Positions 44,199 to 57,620 of a stretch of 64,000 nucleotides of DNA are shown here, in pieces. Both the position numbers and the translations under genes were made by a program. Source of the stretch: Rhodosorus marinus CCMP1338 (lineage: Eukaryota; Plantae; Rhodophyta); the NCBI GenBank assembly GCA_029953675.1, contig JAMWBK010000001.1:2356001-2420000 (forward strand). The letters run 5' to 3'. Position 1 is the stretch's first letter, and every line of letters begins with the position of its first letter. Below the pieces are notes generated by a model. That model saw only the letters and a program-made list of their open reading frames with translations. It was not told the origin of the DNA and ran no database searches.

Positions 44199-44357
44199 TG
44201 GAGACTCCAAAGGCGGTTTCGGATATTAAATTACATTATATTTAAACTGTCCAACAACAAGCAGTACAATATATTAAAAAACCTAGAAATGGTTTGAAAT
44301 TTTTTTGCGGAACAAGAGTGACAGGAAAAGTGGGACACCCCCTCACTGCTGTAGTTA

Positions 44358-44385
44358 AAACGAACGAACGAATGGTTTAATCGGA
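44358..44385 (-). mobile_element. Family A tail-only remnant (ccgattaaaccattcgttcgttcgtt)
   Basis: Exact A terminus with a (TTCG)3 tail; no clear TSD. Confidence 0.7.
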
Positions 44386-44475
44386 CACGTCCCAAGAAGT
44401 CACAGTTATTTTTTCATTAACTTCTGTTTGGTAGATTGACCATTTCTATTTGATTAGGCTTTACTGGGCTTTACT

Positions 44476-47450
44476 GGACTGGACTTTACTGGACTTTACT
44501 GGACTTTACTAGCATAGCCTGAAGCGCTACGCAAGGCGGGAAGATGAACTAATAACTAGGGAGGGAAGCATGCAACCCCAGGCGCCGATGGCGCGCCTCG
44601 GAAAGCATGTCGCTGGAATATCGCCAAAGGGAGACATTTAAACGCCTCAAGAGCGCCAAATATTCAGTAGGATGCTCAGCAAAACATTTCCGCAACCACT
44701 CTAAACCCGACTTATCGACGTGACCAAAGCTTTCCACAATGAATGGCTGGAACCGGTGAGAGCGACCCTCAGCGCAAGGCAGACTGGCCATGCTCTCAGC
44801 ATACCGTCGTTCCTTAACTCTTCGAAGGGCTGAAGCCGCGGCCCCCCGGCGGCGGGCGGCTGCGGTGAGGTGGGCGCTGGCCACGGGGCAGATAATCGCA
44901 AGGTCCACATATGTTGAGCGTCTGGCAGCAGCGTCGGAGACAAGGAGATCGGCTATACAACGGGGCGGTGCAGAGTCCGAGATTGATCTGGGCAGTTCCG
45001 ACTCAACCTCAACCGTATGCCCTATCCGAGTCAAAAATTCGCTGAGGATGTACTTGAGGCGAGTGTGACGCCTCGTATGGAGACCTCTCAACAGTCCGCA
45101 GGAACCCAGGAAGTGGTAGCCACAAACGTCAATCCGGCTCTCACATCCCTGACAGAAAGACGGCCGATTAGAGTGCCACGGAGCCTGTGGCAAACCGAGA
45201 TAGATCCGTGCGGCAGAACGGAACTGGAAAGCATCGAGACGATGACTCAATGACGACGGTAGAGTGGTTAACCACAAGTGCGAGAGGTGGCCTCCCATGC
45301 CGCGGAGACGAGCGGGAGTGGTAGGCGGCGTGAGAGGAGAATTGAGCATGACTGTGTGAGTGGCACTGTGTTGGCCCCAGGTGAGGCTATGTTGAATCAC
45401 ATCAGTGCGGGAGCTACACAATCGGCTCAAACCCGGGTAGTCTGCAATAGGTAACCCGGGGCTAGCCTCTCCGTCATCGGCAAGAACTCGGTCGAGGGGA
45501 GAATCCTCAAACGCTTCAGCTCGTCCCCATAACAGCTCCCTCCAGGAACGAAAGCCGGACCGATTTGCGTCCGGCACGGCGTTGCACCTTCTGAACGCGT
45601 GTTGAAGACCATTATAAATTGTCAAAAGCGGGGGCGGCAGGGTCACTGGATCCTCGTTGGTCAAAGCTCGAGCCAAGAGGCAGGCACTTCGCATCTGGAA
45701 GGTCACCAACGTTCGCAGCGCGGTAACCCAGGAGGCAACCGCCGCTGGCGAGCATACCAGCCCACGGTCTGCGACGCCGAACCCCCCTAATAGCAACGGT
45801 AGAGCGATCTGTGCACGAATCAAGTCCCTGTCGGGAGCAGCTTCAAGATCGAGGGGCTCATCCAAGAGCGTTCCCCAGTGTTGCAGGGTCATCTCGTCGG
45901 CTTTAGCCGCGATCCACGAGCCCCGAGCTGGAGGCAGGCTGCGCAACCAGTAGTTGAGTCTGGAACCGGCACAAAAGCGGGAAAGCAAGCACGCCGATTG
46001 CAGCATGCTGTCGGGTAGGTGCTCAATGGCGTCGGTGAGTTGCTTGTGCCGTGCCAAAACTCGCTCGCAGGATGCTTGGACAAAGTTGTCAGTCCCCAAT
46101 CCGACGCCGTGGTGTTCGAACCCTTCACGTTCGCTGATTAGTCGCAGAGTGGGTGGCAGAGAGGCCAGCGACACGTCCCTCGGGGGGAGAAAGCGACATT
46201 TTTCTGTTTCCACAGTTAAACCGACGCGACGTGCAATCGCTTCGATCTCGGTCAGCCCCCTAGCCAGGGTGGCTGGGGTGCCCAGCAATGTTACGTCATC
46301 GTGGTACGCGCAGATTCGAAGATCCGAGACCTCAGTCGAAAGACGTAAAAGTACGAGCTGTAGGGCACAGGCATGAGGAAGAGGTCCGCAAGGGTCGCCT
46401 TGTTGGACGCCAGTATGTGCTTGAAAAACAGTGCCCTCCGTTGTCAAGTAGGGGAGGCTCTCCCCTCCGTAAATACCCGATAGAAACGGCCACGCCTCCG
46501 GAAACACACGTCAGAGCACCTCTAGCGCATGCGTCCGCGACACGCTGTTGAATGCGTTCCGGAAATCAACCACCAAGACTCCCCACTCCGGCCTACTGGC
46601 GCGTTCTAGCTCGATCCCATGGGTGATCAGTTCGCAACCCCCAGAAAATCCCACCCCTACTTTCAAGGGCGCCATAAAAGCTGTGATTCGCTGGCGAAGG
46701 CGCTGGCATAGCCACCTCCCGGCTAACTTCCGTAGGCTCTCCACCATCCCGATCGGCCGGAGACGGGGTGGGTCGGCTGGTGGTCAGGTTTTGTGGGCAA
46801 GCAAAGCTGGGCCTGCCGGAGATGTTCCCATGGCGCAGACGCACCCGATACGCCCTGGAACAACTTGTTAAGGATCCTCAGAAGCGCGCTCTGGCCAGGC
46901 TGGCTCAGGGCCTGCAATAGCTCTGTTCTTAGTCCGGAGGGTCCGGGACAGCGTCCCCGACGCGAGGTACGAAGCAAATCCTCCAGGTCAGACTCACTGA
47001 GCGTCAGATCGATGCGAAACCTGGCCAACTCCGGACGGTCCAAGAATACCTCGAATTCAGGGGACAAGTCCACGTCGGACTCAGGGAACAAAGACGACAC
47101 CGTCTGGGCGAGACTATCATCGTAGGGGAGGACAGGCGCCTGGCCCTCCAAAACCCGGGCCGCTCGACTTAAATCGCCCACTGCTGCCAATTTCTGTACT
47201 CGAGCCGGCACGGGCGACACTGTGCCATGCCGAGTCCGACGGGCGGATGGTGCTGACGACGCCAAATAGCTGCGCTGTAGTACTTCGAAGTCTCCCTTCA
47301 AGAACAGGGCCAGTGGGTCTCGTACTCGCCATCTGCGCTCCGATGTGTGAATGGGGACCAGAATCAGGTGCGGCATGACCCCAAGAAAAACCCAAATGAC
47401 TGTGTCCCGAATGTTACGAGCCCGGCTCGTGAAGATGAAATCGAGAATGG
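44476..47450 (-). mobile_element. Family B 5'-truncated copy 'C' (~3 kb, most of ORF2)
   Basis: Near-identical to 41054-44002; frameshift at ~46765; CGA>TGA at ~46511; tail (AGTAAAGTCC)3 AGTCC followed by D-type AGTAAAGCCC units at 44457-44475. Confidence 0.96.
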
Positions 47451-50400
47451 CCTAAAGCGCTACGCAAGCCGTGAAAAGAAACTAAGAACTGGACTTTACT
47501 AGCCAAGAACTAGGTAGGGAAGCGTGCAAACCCAGGCGCCGATGGCGCGCCTCGGCAAGTATACTGCTCGAATATCGCCAGAGAGAGACACTTAAACGCC
47601 GCAAAAGTTCCAAGTGTTCAACAGGATGCTCAGTGAAACATTTCCGCAACCACTCCAAACCCGCCTTCTCCAGGTGACCAAAGCTTTCCACAATGAAAGG
47701 CTGGAACCGGTGGGAGCGACCCTCAGCGCGAGGCAGACTGGCCATACTCTCAGCATACCGTCGTTCCTTCACGCGGCGAAGCCCCGAAGCAGCTGCTCCC
47801 CGCCGGCGGGCGGCAGCCGTCAGATGGGCGCTTGCCACAGGGCATGTAATCGCGAGGTCAACATATGCTGAGCGTCTGGCGGCAGCATCGGAGACGAGGA
47901 GATCTGCGATACAGCGGGGCGGTGCCCTATCCGAGATCGATCTGGGTAGTTCCGATTCCACCTCAACCGTATGCCCTACCCGAGTCAAACATTCGCTGAG
48001 AATGTACTTGAAGCGAGTGTGACGCCTCGTACGAATAACCCAACAGTCCGCATGAACCTAAGAAGTGGTAACCACAAGCATCGATCCGACTCTCACATCC
48101 CTGACAGAAAGACGGCCGATTAGACTGCCACGGAACTTGTGGCAAGCCCAGGTAACGTGCGGCAGAGCGAAACTGGAAGGCATCGAGACGGTGACCCAGT
48201 GATGACGGCGGGGTCGATAACCACAAATGTGATAGATGGCCTCCCATGCCGCGGAGGCGAGCGGCGGTGGTAGGCGGTGTGAGGGTAGACTTGAGCAAGA
48301 TTGCGTGAGCGTCACTGTGTTGGCCCCAGGTGAGGCTCTTTTGAATCACGTCAGTGCGCGAGCTCCACAATCGGTTCAGACCCGGGTAATCGGCAACCGG
48401 TGACGCGGGGCTAGCTTCCCCCTCGTCAGCGAGTACTCTGTCGATGGGAGAGTCCTCGATCGCCTCGGTACGTCCCCATAACAGCCCTCTCCAGGAGCGG
48501 AACTTGGATCGATTCTCGTCCGGCACGGCGTTTCACTTACTGAACGCCTGTTGCAGAGCATCATAGATACTCAAAAGCGGTGGCGGAAGGGTCACGAGGT
48601 CTTCGATAGTCAGTGCTCTAGCCAAAGGCAAGCACTTCGCATCCGAGAACTCACCAAGATGCGAAGCGCGCTAGCCCAGGAGGCGACCGCCGCAGCCGAG
48701 CATACGAGTCCACGGTCGGCCACTCCAAATCCGCCTAATCGTAAAGGTAGGGCAATCTGGCCACGAATTAGGTCCCTGTCAGGAGCCTATTCCACATCCA
48801 GGGGTTCATCCATGCTCATGGTGTGCTAAAACTCGTTCGCAAGAGTCTTGGACAAAGTTGTCACTCCCCAAAGCGACGCCATGGTGAGCCCCGCAAGTTC
48901 ACCAAAGGCTCGGAGACTAGGTGGCAGGGAGCCCCTCGAAACTACACGCGGGCCGAGAAAACGGCATTTTTCGGGTTCCAATTTTAGACCTACTCCACGT
49001 GCTATCGCTTCCATCTGGGTCAATCCCCGAGCCCAGTGCTCAGGGGTGCCCAGCAACGTCACGTCGTCATGGTAAGCACAGATGCGAAGCTCCGGCACCT
49101 CAGCCGCCAGTCGCTGGAGCACGAGCTGCAAGGCACAGGCGTGAAGTACAGGCCCACAAGGATCACCCTGTTGAACGCCAGTACGTGCTGCAAAAACAGA
49201 GCCCTGCGTTGTCAAGTAAGGGAGGCTCCCCCTCCGTAAATACCGGATAGGAACAGCCACGCCTCCGGGAATACCCTTCGAATCACCTCCAAAGCATGCG
49301 TCCGCGAGACGATGTTGAACGCGTTGCGGAAGTCAACCACCAAAACGCCCCAATCCGGCCTACTGGCTCGCTCGAGCTCGATCGCATTAGTCACCAGTTC
49401 GCAGCCCCCGGAAAATCCCACCCCTACCTGCCAAGGCGCCATAAAAGCGGTGACTCGCTGGCGAAGGCGCTGGCATAGCCACCGCCCGGCGAGCTTCCGT
49501 AGACTCTCGACCATGCCGATCGGCCGGAGACGCGGGTGTGCCGGATCGTGGTCGGGTTTCGTTAGCAAGCGAAGCTGTGCCCGTCGCAGATGGTCCCAAG
49601 GGGCAGACGCACCCCCTGCACCCTGGAACAGCGTATTCAGAATCTTCACCAGTGCGCTGGCCAGACCGAAGAGCCCGGTGGCGAGGCTTGCTCAAGGCCT
49701 ACAGTAATTCCGTTCGTAGCCCAGAGGGTCCAGGGCAGCGTCCGCACCGGAAAGTCCGGAGCAAATCCTCCAGATCAGACTCACGGAGCGTCAGGTCGAT
49801 GCGGAACCTGGCCAACTCTGGACGGTCTAAAAATGCCTCGAATTCGGGGAGCAAGTCCACGTCAGACGAGGGGAACAACGCCGACACGGTCTGGTCGAGG
49901 CTATCGTTGTAGGGGGAGTACAGGTACCTGACCTCCAAGACCCGTGCCGCGCGGCTCAGGTCGCCAACCGCCACCAATTTCTGCCCTCGAGTCGTCCTAG
50001 GCGAGGCTGTCCCAGCACGAGTCCTCCGGCCGGATGCCTCGGATGACGCCAAGTAGCTCTGCTGCAACACCTCAAATTCCCCCTTCAGGAACATGGCCAG
50101 TCGTTCTCGGACGCCGCATCTGCGCTCCGATGTGTGAGTGGGTGCCAGAATCAGGCGCGGCATGACCCCAAAAATTCCGACATAGCGACGTCCAGTTGAT
50201 TACGCGCCAGACTCTGTAAAATAAAATCCAGGATTGTCCCAGCCATGGAGAGCTCTCCTCGAGGGAGGACAAGAGGCGGAATCCTTCCCCAGAGGGGTAG
50301 AGAGCCTCCTTCCAAATAAATCCATCGCCAGAGCCAACTCCGCAGGCGCGTGCGCCAGATGCCCCAGTCTCCGCCCTCCTTGAGGACATAAGCCTGCAGG

Positions 50401-52065
50401 TCCATTGGCTGCGACCTCGCAGCCGTGGCCGGGGAGCTAATCGTGCTTCTCCCCCTAAGACCCGGGGGAGTCGGTCCTCGCGCGCTTGCCTCCTAACCTT
50501 ACCAAACTGGTCAACCGGCCACTCCGCGGGGCCCGCGGGATGGCTCCCCCGGGATTCAACAAAGTAATAGGGGCGTTCTCGACCGAAATGCCCTCCGGCT
50601 CCCCTTCCTCGCCACTCGCACCGGAAGTGGTGCTTGAAGCGAATACTCCCAAACGCCGTAGCTCTTCCTTGTGACTTGAGGTCAGCACAAGGTGCCTCTC
50701 CCGGTCAAAAAAGGTAGAGGCGGCTGCGCGCAGATGGCGTGGACCCGACGCAAAACGCTCCAAAAGTATCCGCTCCATGCGATGAATGCGAAGCCAGTGG
50801 ACAGCTGCAGCTTTCACACTAGTGTCGTGCTCAGATAGCCCTGCTGTTTCTCCGGGAGAGAGGAAAGTGCCCGAAAAACGGTCGAACCCGAAATGCAATA
50901 CGACCTGGGGTTGAGAACGCAACCAGCAGGCGCTCTCAGGCCACTGCTCGGTAGGCTTCTCCAGCAGGGCCTGCAGGTACGTGGCCGCGGTCGACGTGAC
51001 CACAAAGAGGACATCGCGACCCTCATAGTTTGCGAAAAAAATGAAGTCTTCGCGGCTCACCCCAAAGACTCCGCAAAAATATCCCGAAAATCTCGCATGG
51101 ACGGGACCTGGCCCCGTGTAGTCTGTGGCCGGACGTTGCGCACCCAGAGGAATTGCAAAGTAGTCGCCGTAGGTCTGCCCTGCTGCTCGCGAGAGGGCAA
51201 AAATCTTAGCATAGCCGCCGTCCGTGCGGCTGCGGTACCCTTCCCCAAAACTGAGACGCAAGACGGGGCCCCCTTGGGACCACCTCGTGCCCCCGCCTTG
51301 GCCTGGAGCTGTCGCCCACCTGAGGGCTGGCCCATGACTGGAAAGTCCGCTTCAGCTGTGGGAACATTCGAAGGATTAGGCAGCTCTGCGCACCTCTCCG
51401 AAGAGGCCCCAGCCGCGGAACCACCTTTGTCACCTTCAGGTCCCGGAGCTGCCCTAGCCTGTCCCGGGACAGGTTGTTGATTGACCTGGGGAAATTTACT
51501 GTCTTCCGCCAGCTTGGCCACATGGCTGGAATTCAAATTCTCACCCGAATTTGAATTTTCCCTCGCCAGGAGACCCGATCCCAGCCCCCCTAGCTTCTGG
51601 GTGAGCTGAGGAATGACACCTCGATCGTCCGCGGCCGTAATCAGGCTTGTTATAGCAGAGAGCAGGGCACGCATTTGCGGACCAGAGGCGCCCTATAACT
51701 CCACCTGCGTGGAGAAAGGGCCCGCGCGAAGGGACACTCTGTGTCCGCCCTCAGTAGACACCTCCGCCCGCGGGATCTCCGGACCCTCAGGAGTGGAGCG
51801 CGGAGGGACCCCGGCCATCACGGAAGAGTGTGTTGAACCGGAGTGTCACGAAGGAACCCGACCAAAAAATCCCGCGCAAACCAGCGCCTCAGACCGAAAA
51901 CTCCGGATCGAACACCCAAGAGGGGGAGAATCCCCGATAACCAACCACGAAACCCGAAAAAGCGTGGGATAAGACAGCGAGAGGATGCGCCTGCAACGAG
52001 GAACACTCTCGGACCCGAACACGACTCCAATCGCAACCGAAAACCAACTCCAACCCTCCCCCTAA
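47451..52065 (-). mobile_element. Full-length diverged B-subfamily copy 'D' (decayed)
   Basis: ORF1 from ATG 51818 (MAGVPPR) and ORF2 from 50405 (MDLQAY), colinear with B; many frameshifts, stops and an internal deletion near 48815; 5' end approximate. Confidence 0.93.
47491..47504 (-). mobile_element. 14-nt B tail micro-insertion inside copy D's 3' end
   Basis: GGCTAGTAAAGTCC flanked by a 7-bp TSD (plus strand AAGAACT 47484-47490 and 47505-47511); absent from the equivalent 3' end at 34055-34080. Confidence 0.8.
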
Positions 52066-54548
52066 GCTTGAGTCATACATTGGTTTGAAAGTACGAGAGA
52101 ACTGATAGGGATCTGGATCGATGAGTAAGCGTCGCGGGCTCAACCCCCGTCCGCGAAAGCCAACTCATCAACTACAGTGACCAGTAGTTTCCCGTCTCAT
52201 GAAATGAGCGTCTTTTATGGAGAAGCCTCTCGTTTTAGGCCACTAAGTGCAAGAAAATCGTTTTTGAAGAAGTGCATGGGTTGTCTCGAGGAAACGACAA
52301 GTCGCTCTCCTCGATGTCGCTTTTCGCGCTAAGCGGTAAACGATCACTCCATGAGCTGCTTTAGAGTTCATACACATTTTTGGTAGTGACATTGAGTTTT
52401 CTCCCTGTCTGTTCGAATCTAGCCACTACTGTACTTCCAATCGACTAACAGAACCGATAAACAGCCCTACTGGACTGAAGCGCGTAGAGGCCTTTTTAGT
52501 GAGTTCCACTACCCTGAAGCTGAAGGTTATTTTCTGATAGAGAGACGCAAATCCGGTTAGGGACGTTTCTAATTGACGTGGTGGCCCGGAGCTCTTTCGC
52601 TTGGGAGCGTCCCTGTCGCCCAAACTTCTGAGCTTCTCTCAACCCGGTTGCTCCATATGGTGGTTTTACTACATGTCGTTGCTCCCAAGACTACATGCTT
52701 CTCCAAGTGGGAGCACAAGAGCCCATTGGAATCAGATGGCTCATTCAGATCCTGATACGATTTGAAAATTGTCAGCCGGGAGAACCTGGCTCCTCGCGTG
52801 ACTCGCCCCTTAACAACAAGATAAAGGAGCCTGCTGAGAGTGGGGGTGATTGTCGGAAATGGCGTTATCTATCAATAATCCAGAAAATTCTTGATTTCTA
52901 ATCCAGAGAGCTACTTTCTTTCTCTTGTTAGGTACTCGTATTGAGCTACTAGGCCTCCGCCATCGCCCTCCAGGGCTGTCACTGAAGTCAGTGAACGCCC
53001 AGAGAGGCAGCCCTGGCAATTTCCCTGTGCTCATTGAGCTAAATTAAAAAAAAAAGGACGTACTGATTACACTAAAATCGATATGGACGAAATAATTTGA
53101 AAGATATATTTGCTCCCTTTTTCCACTGCCCTAATTCAAAGTCTCCTGTTTTTCCCAATAGTTCTCTAAAAGTTCAATTATTAAGTATACAGCGAACGGC
53201 AACATACAATTAACCCATTGTCATCAAAGTATGTCGTGCTCCAATTAAAATTCTTTTAATGTATATATATAAATAATTTTTCTCCTACGGTCCAGAATGC
53301 TTTTGAATACATGGAAGAGTATCTAGAGCTTGCCCTCCATAAAATGAAAAATTTATGCTCTAAATATGGACCAAAACTTAACTTTATTCAAGTTGTTTCT
53401 ATCTAAGACAATGCTGTCCTTTTAACAACTGTCAACTAGTCGCATGCTCTATTTTGAGAACAATTCCGCCCTCTAAATATTGGATACAAACTTAATCATT
53501 CAGTCAATCAAAATCTACGAAATACTTGTCCAGATGTGTCCTATATTTTTCGGGATAGCCCCAAAGGGCGGTAGGGGCTCAATACTATGTTTTTTGTTGA
53601 ATTTGGAGCGAACGTGCCCTGTAGGAGTTAACCGTCTATTCTGGTGGGAGAAGCAATCCAAACTGCTTCGTCATGGAGTTCGCATGATGATGCGTGTATG
53701 CCTCGGCAAGGATAGAGGAGGACGCGAGAGTAAGCTTTGGAGAGCTGATAGTGCTTCCACTGAACGTTTCAGTAGGGTCTCCTATTCTGCTCTGAAAGCG
53801 CTTCCCTTCGTTAACAAACTTGAGGACTAGAATTCAATGCTTTTCCGTTAGTCAAAAGAGGTGACGTCGCGTTTACGACTTGATGCTGACTGATTCGGTT
53901 TTCGCGTGGCGAGTTGGCATTTGGAGGTTCCCCTAGTCAGTTGAGTGTCAGGTGGTAGAGAAGTAGCGCGTTATGAGGATGCGGCCATTCAAGAACCTGT
54001 TTCAAGCAGTAGTTATTTCCTTGTCGTCTTTTGCTGCGTTCGAAATTAAAACTTGCGCTTTATAAACGAATGCCGAATAAGACAGGGCAAGCTATGCTTT
54101 TTCGATGTCCTTTTTCAGTTCCGATCTCATTTTAATTCGAAGGTGGCTACAAAGGGATAGCCTCTCGTGCACCTGCTCATCTACCTGAATGTTGCGTTCT
54201 TCATTGTAACCAATGTTTTTAAAACATGCTTCCAAGACCCAACAGGTCCCTCTCCGTATCTCTCCATTGTAAGCATGGCGAACCCTAGGGCTGCCTGCTA
54301 CTCGGGCAATCCAAAGCAGTCTCATGTACGCATACAGCTGTATTCAACCTGATACTGTTTGCAGAAGGGGTATACTCTGTGTGTGCGAAAACCGATCCAT
54401 TGGTATCTATCTCAAATTTCAGTGCGATTTCATCCCTCCTTGATCTGGACGACCGCCATGACAAGAGGGCGCAAGTAAAGTTTAACTTGTTTCCTCCAAG
54501 CCTGCTCCGCTACCTTGTTGACGTGCACCAGATAGAGATTGAGAACAC

Positions 54549-54556
54549 TATATAAG
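54549..54556 (+). promoter_or_regulatory. TATA box (TATATAAG) of INWD paralogue 2
   Basis: About 112 bp upstream of ATG 54668. Confidence 0.5.
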
Positions 54557-54667
54557 CACTGTTCATTGAGTTCCCCTTGTTGAGTGCGGAGGAGTTTTAG
54601 CAGGAAGATTAAGAGACGTGAAGGGAAGGTAAAGTTTGCAGAAAGTAAGAAGAAAGAAACCTGAAAA

Positions 54668-55462
54668 ATGAAAGTGTCTGCGATTGTTATGGCTGCCTTT
54701 CTAGTAGCCCTTCTAGGCGTTGCCAGCGCACATCACAATGAACCCAAGCCCAGACCCCAGAGGTGCATGATTCCTTACTTTTGGAATATCTGCCAAGGGA
54801 GAGCGGACCGCGCCGGTAATCTGATCTACGCCGTGGAGTACTTCAAGCACCTTCTCGGAGGACGTGATAACGGACACAAGAGGGGTCCCATCAAGAGCGG
54901 ATTCAGGTGGATTAACTGGGACGACCGTGATATTCCATTCGAGATGAGGAGGGATTGGTTCAACCATAGCCACGGTATGACCCTTGATTCGAAACATGAT
55001 GAATTCCGGTGCAGCAACCCGTACTTCGGAAGGAACACCCACGACAAGCGATTCTCGTCGATAAACCACAGCGAGTCGAAGAACTTCATCACCTACACAA
55101 GGAAGCGTCTGTTTACCCCTGTTCACCAGAACAAATTTACCATCCGCTGGGTCATTCCCGGTAAGAGATCCAAGGCTCTTGTCCAAGGATTTGGAGCCGT
55201 CTTCGTCGATGTTTGGAAGGAGCACACCACCAAGATGATTGCTTATGATATCCATGGATGCGTGATAGCCGAACAGTACGTCCATCCTCAGGAACATGGA
55301 CTCTCCTTCCTTGGATTCCACTTCGAGCACCCGATCATCGCCAAGATTGAGATCGTTCTTGGCAACACCCCCATCGATCGGAGGTCCTGTGGGAGGAGGT
55401 GCGGAGATGACGTCGTGGTGATGGACGATTTCTACTTCTCTGAGCCGCAGTATGCCTTCTAG
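54668..55462 (+). CDS. Secreted INWD-family protein, paralogue 2 (264 aa)
   Basis: Signal peptide MKVSAIVMAAFLVALLGVASA; WINWDD, KRLFTP, GFGAVF, GLSFLG, DVVVMDDFYFSEP. Confidence 0.92.
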   Translation: MKVSAIVMAAFLVALLGVASAHHNEPKPRPQRCMIPYFWNICQGRADRAGNLIYAVEYFKHLLGGRDNGHKRGPIKSGFRWINWDDRDIPFEMRRDWFNHSHGMTLDSKHDEFRCSNPYFGRNTHDKRFSSINHSESKNFITYTRKRLFTPVHQNKFTIRWVIPGKRSKALVQGFGAVFVDVWKEHTTKMIAYDIHGCVIAEQYVHPQEHGLSFLGFHFEHPIIAKIEIVLGNTPIDRRSCGRRCGDDVVVMDDFYFSEPQYAF

Positions 55463-57491
55463 ACTTATCCATTCGATCGCTAGCGGTAGCAGATCTCGCA
55501 GGTCCCAACGGAATTGTGGACAGGGTGTGGGCCGGGGAACCAACTGTTTTCGCTCGTTCTCTCGAGGGCGAAGTATAGAATGTAAAAAGCTTTAGCCACC
55601 GCGACTGTTTTTTCAAGTAAAGGATAACGCGCTTTTCACACACTCAGTAGCCAATATATGACAGTGCTGAACACGAGGTTTGGATCCTCCAGCCCTGGGT
55701 AGGAAAGACCCTGCGCTCGGAGTGGCTGAGATCAGCTCAGGTCAGCTTTGATAGTGTGGTTCGGCAACTTGCGGCATCAAATCCAAGCCTTGGTTGGATC
55801 TTTATAGCCTGTAATCAAGTATGAGAACACTACCTGCAGCAAAGAGTATCGAGTATCTCGAGTCCTCTGGCCTTTATTTCTTCGTTTCTTGGCTCCACTT
55901 CGACTTTGGCACGCAGACTGTTCGACTGGAATCGTACTCGGGTGCAGCTGGGTAAGAAATTTGCTAAAAATTTGGAACCAATACCTCCAATCGTAAATTT
56001 TTTACCAAAGTTTCCTGCCATACGAGACATCGGATGTCGGCGGTTGCGCTCAGACGTTCTACGGCACAAAAACATGGCGTCCTGGAGCTTCCAGGATCGC
56101 GCGAAGTGGTCCTCGGGGTGCCGGTAGGGCTGTCCAAGAACGAATAATATCGCGAGTCGTATCCGCGCCACGTCGCCATCCCCTCGATCAACTCGGACGA
56201 CTACTCTCCAAACCACCACTCTCCATTTCAAAAGCAAAGATCACCTGTGAGGAACCATTCCCTTGCAGCCACTACGATACCCTGACGTGGAACTTTTAAG
56301 AAAACTGTACGTATATAAAGTTAAAACTCGGAAACCCACTGAAACATCTTAACACCTCCCATGATCGGAGTTCCCATTGGGACCCATTGAACCTTCACCA
56401 AGCCGCGGACTCTAAACCCTAGCATCCAGTGGACCATCATTCCACCTAAACCTTCCACAGCAAATTGGAGTCAATCAAAATAATCCCCACATTAAGGAAC
56501 TTTTGTGAACAGAAGATGATAATGTAGGTCCAAATAAAGAAAGGTAAAATTATTTTAATCAATATAGGCATAGATTATGACTATAGATCTAGATATAGAT
56601 TTATGCTGTATGAGTCCTCATCTAACAATAAAATATTCAGTATTTTTAGAATCGGCAATAATATTTCTTCTATACAATGTATTGAGTCCGAACGTATCAT
56701 ATATTTTGGAAGGAAAAGACCTTTTGATGAAACGCTATTATTTATTCTTTTATTCATACTTCTGACACCAATTTTCTATCGTTTTCAGAAGAAAGAAGGA
56801 ATAGGTTTAATTTAATGCATTTCAATTTTCCTTTGTTTTAGGACTACAGCTGATTTGGTATAGGATCTGCTGGAGCTGAAGTCTCGTGGGATTGACGGTT
56901 AGAGCGCTCAGACTGAGGAGAGGTAGTTAGGCAGACGTTTCTGGTGGAACGTGATTTGATGTATTGACAACGATCCAATGTGTTTCGCCGTATTGTACGT
57001 TGGCTGAACCGAAGATCTTTAGAATACTGCCCGGCGATGATCTTGAATGCGTGTGTGCACTTTCTTGAGTGGAATATTGCGTTCATTTTTGGTGGGCTTC
57101 CATTCCAGGCGTTCACGTGGTGATAGGTACTAAATTGAATTCTGTGCATAATCTCAAGGACGAGCGCTTCGGATGGAGAGTTCGCGATCAATGAACTACA
57201 ACGAGCTTCGGTTGGAGGGACTGGCTTCCGGAGTTCGCGAGTTCGGTAGCTGTTGAGCCACTGAATTCTTCCCAAAAAAACCTTTCAAATTGAAATTACA
57301 TTCACCCCTTCATGCATCTCATCCAAGTGGAGCCCTGGTGTGATTTGTTGCCCCGCAAAGTTCGTATTCGTAGACCCCGATGGTTGCCTCCTCGGCGAGG
57401 GAACATTGCGCAGCCGTCATCTTGTGAATTTATGGCGTTCCGAGTGTTGTTCTCCGAGTTCTCAAAGTTGATCTTGGCATCCCAAGGAGAC

Positions 57492-57498
57492 TATAAAT
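57492..57498 (+). promoter_or_regulatory. TATA box (TATAAAT) of INWD paralogue 3
   Basis: About 123 bp upstream of ATG 57621. Confidence 0.5.
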
Positions 57499-57620
57499 GG
57501 GCCCGTAACGACATCGTCGAGTAAGGAATTTGGCAGCAATGATATCATCGAAGCTAAGGAGAACTGGAGAGATAAAATTTGAAGCAGACGAGAAAACGAG
57601 ACACCGATACCTTAAAAACA

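Noticed and set aside
44457-44512. Telomere or interstitial telomeric repeat (TTTACTGGAC/TTTACTGGGC)
   Set aside because: The arrays are short and always attached to family B 3' ends. Identity with the real telomere repeat cannot be judged from this window and is left as a check.
52050-52080. TSD for copy D
   Set aside because: The best candidate (AAGC(C/T)TA) is short and mismatched, so the D 5' boundary stays approximate.
54713-55543. 276-aa antisense ORF (also 57696-58361, 5196-5987, 17606-18259, 17889-18515)
   Set aside because: These are shadow ORFs opposite real genes or GC-rich element sequence, with no independent motifs.
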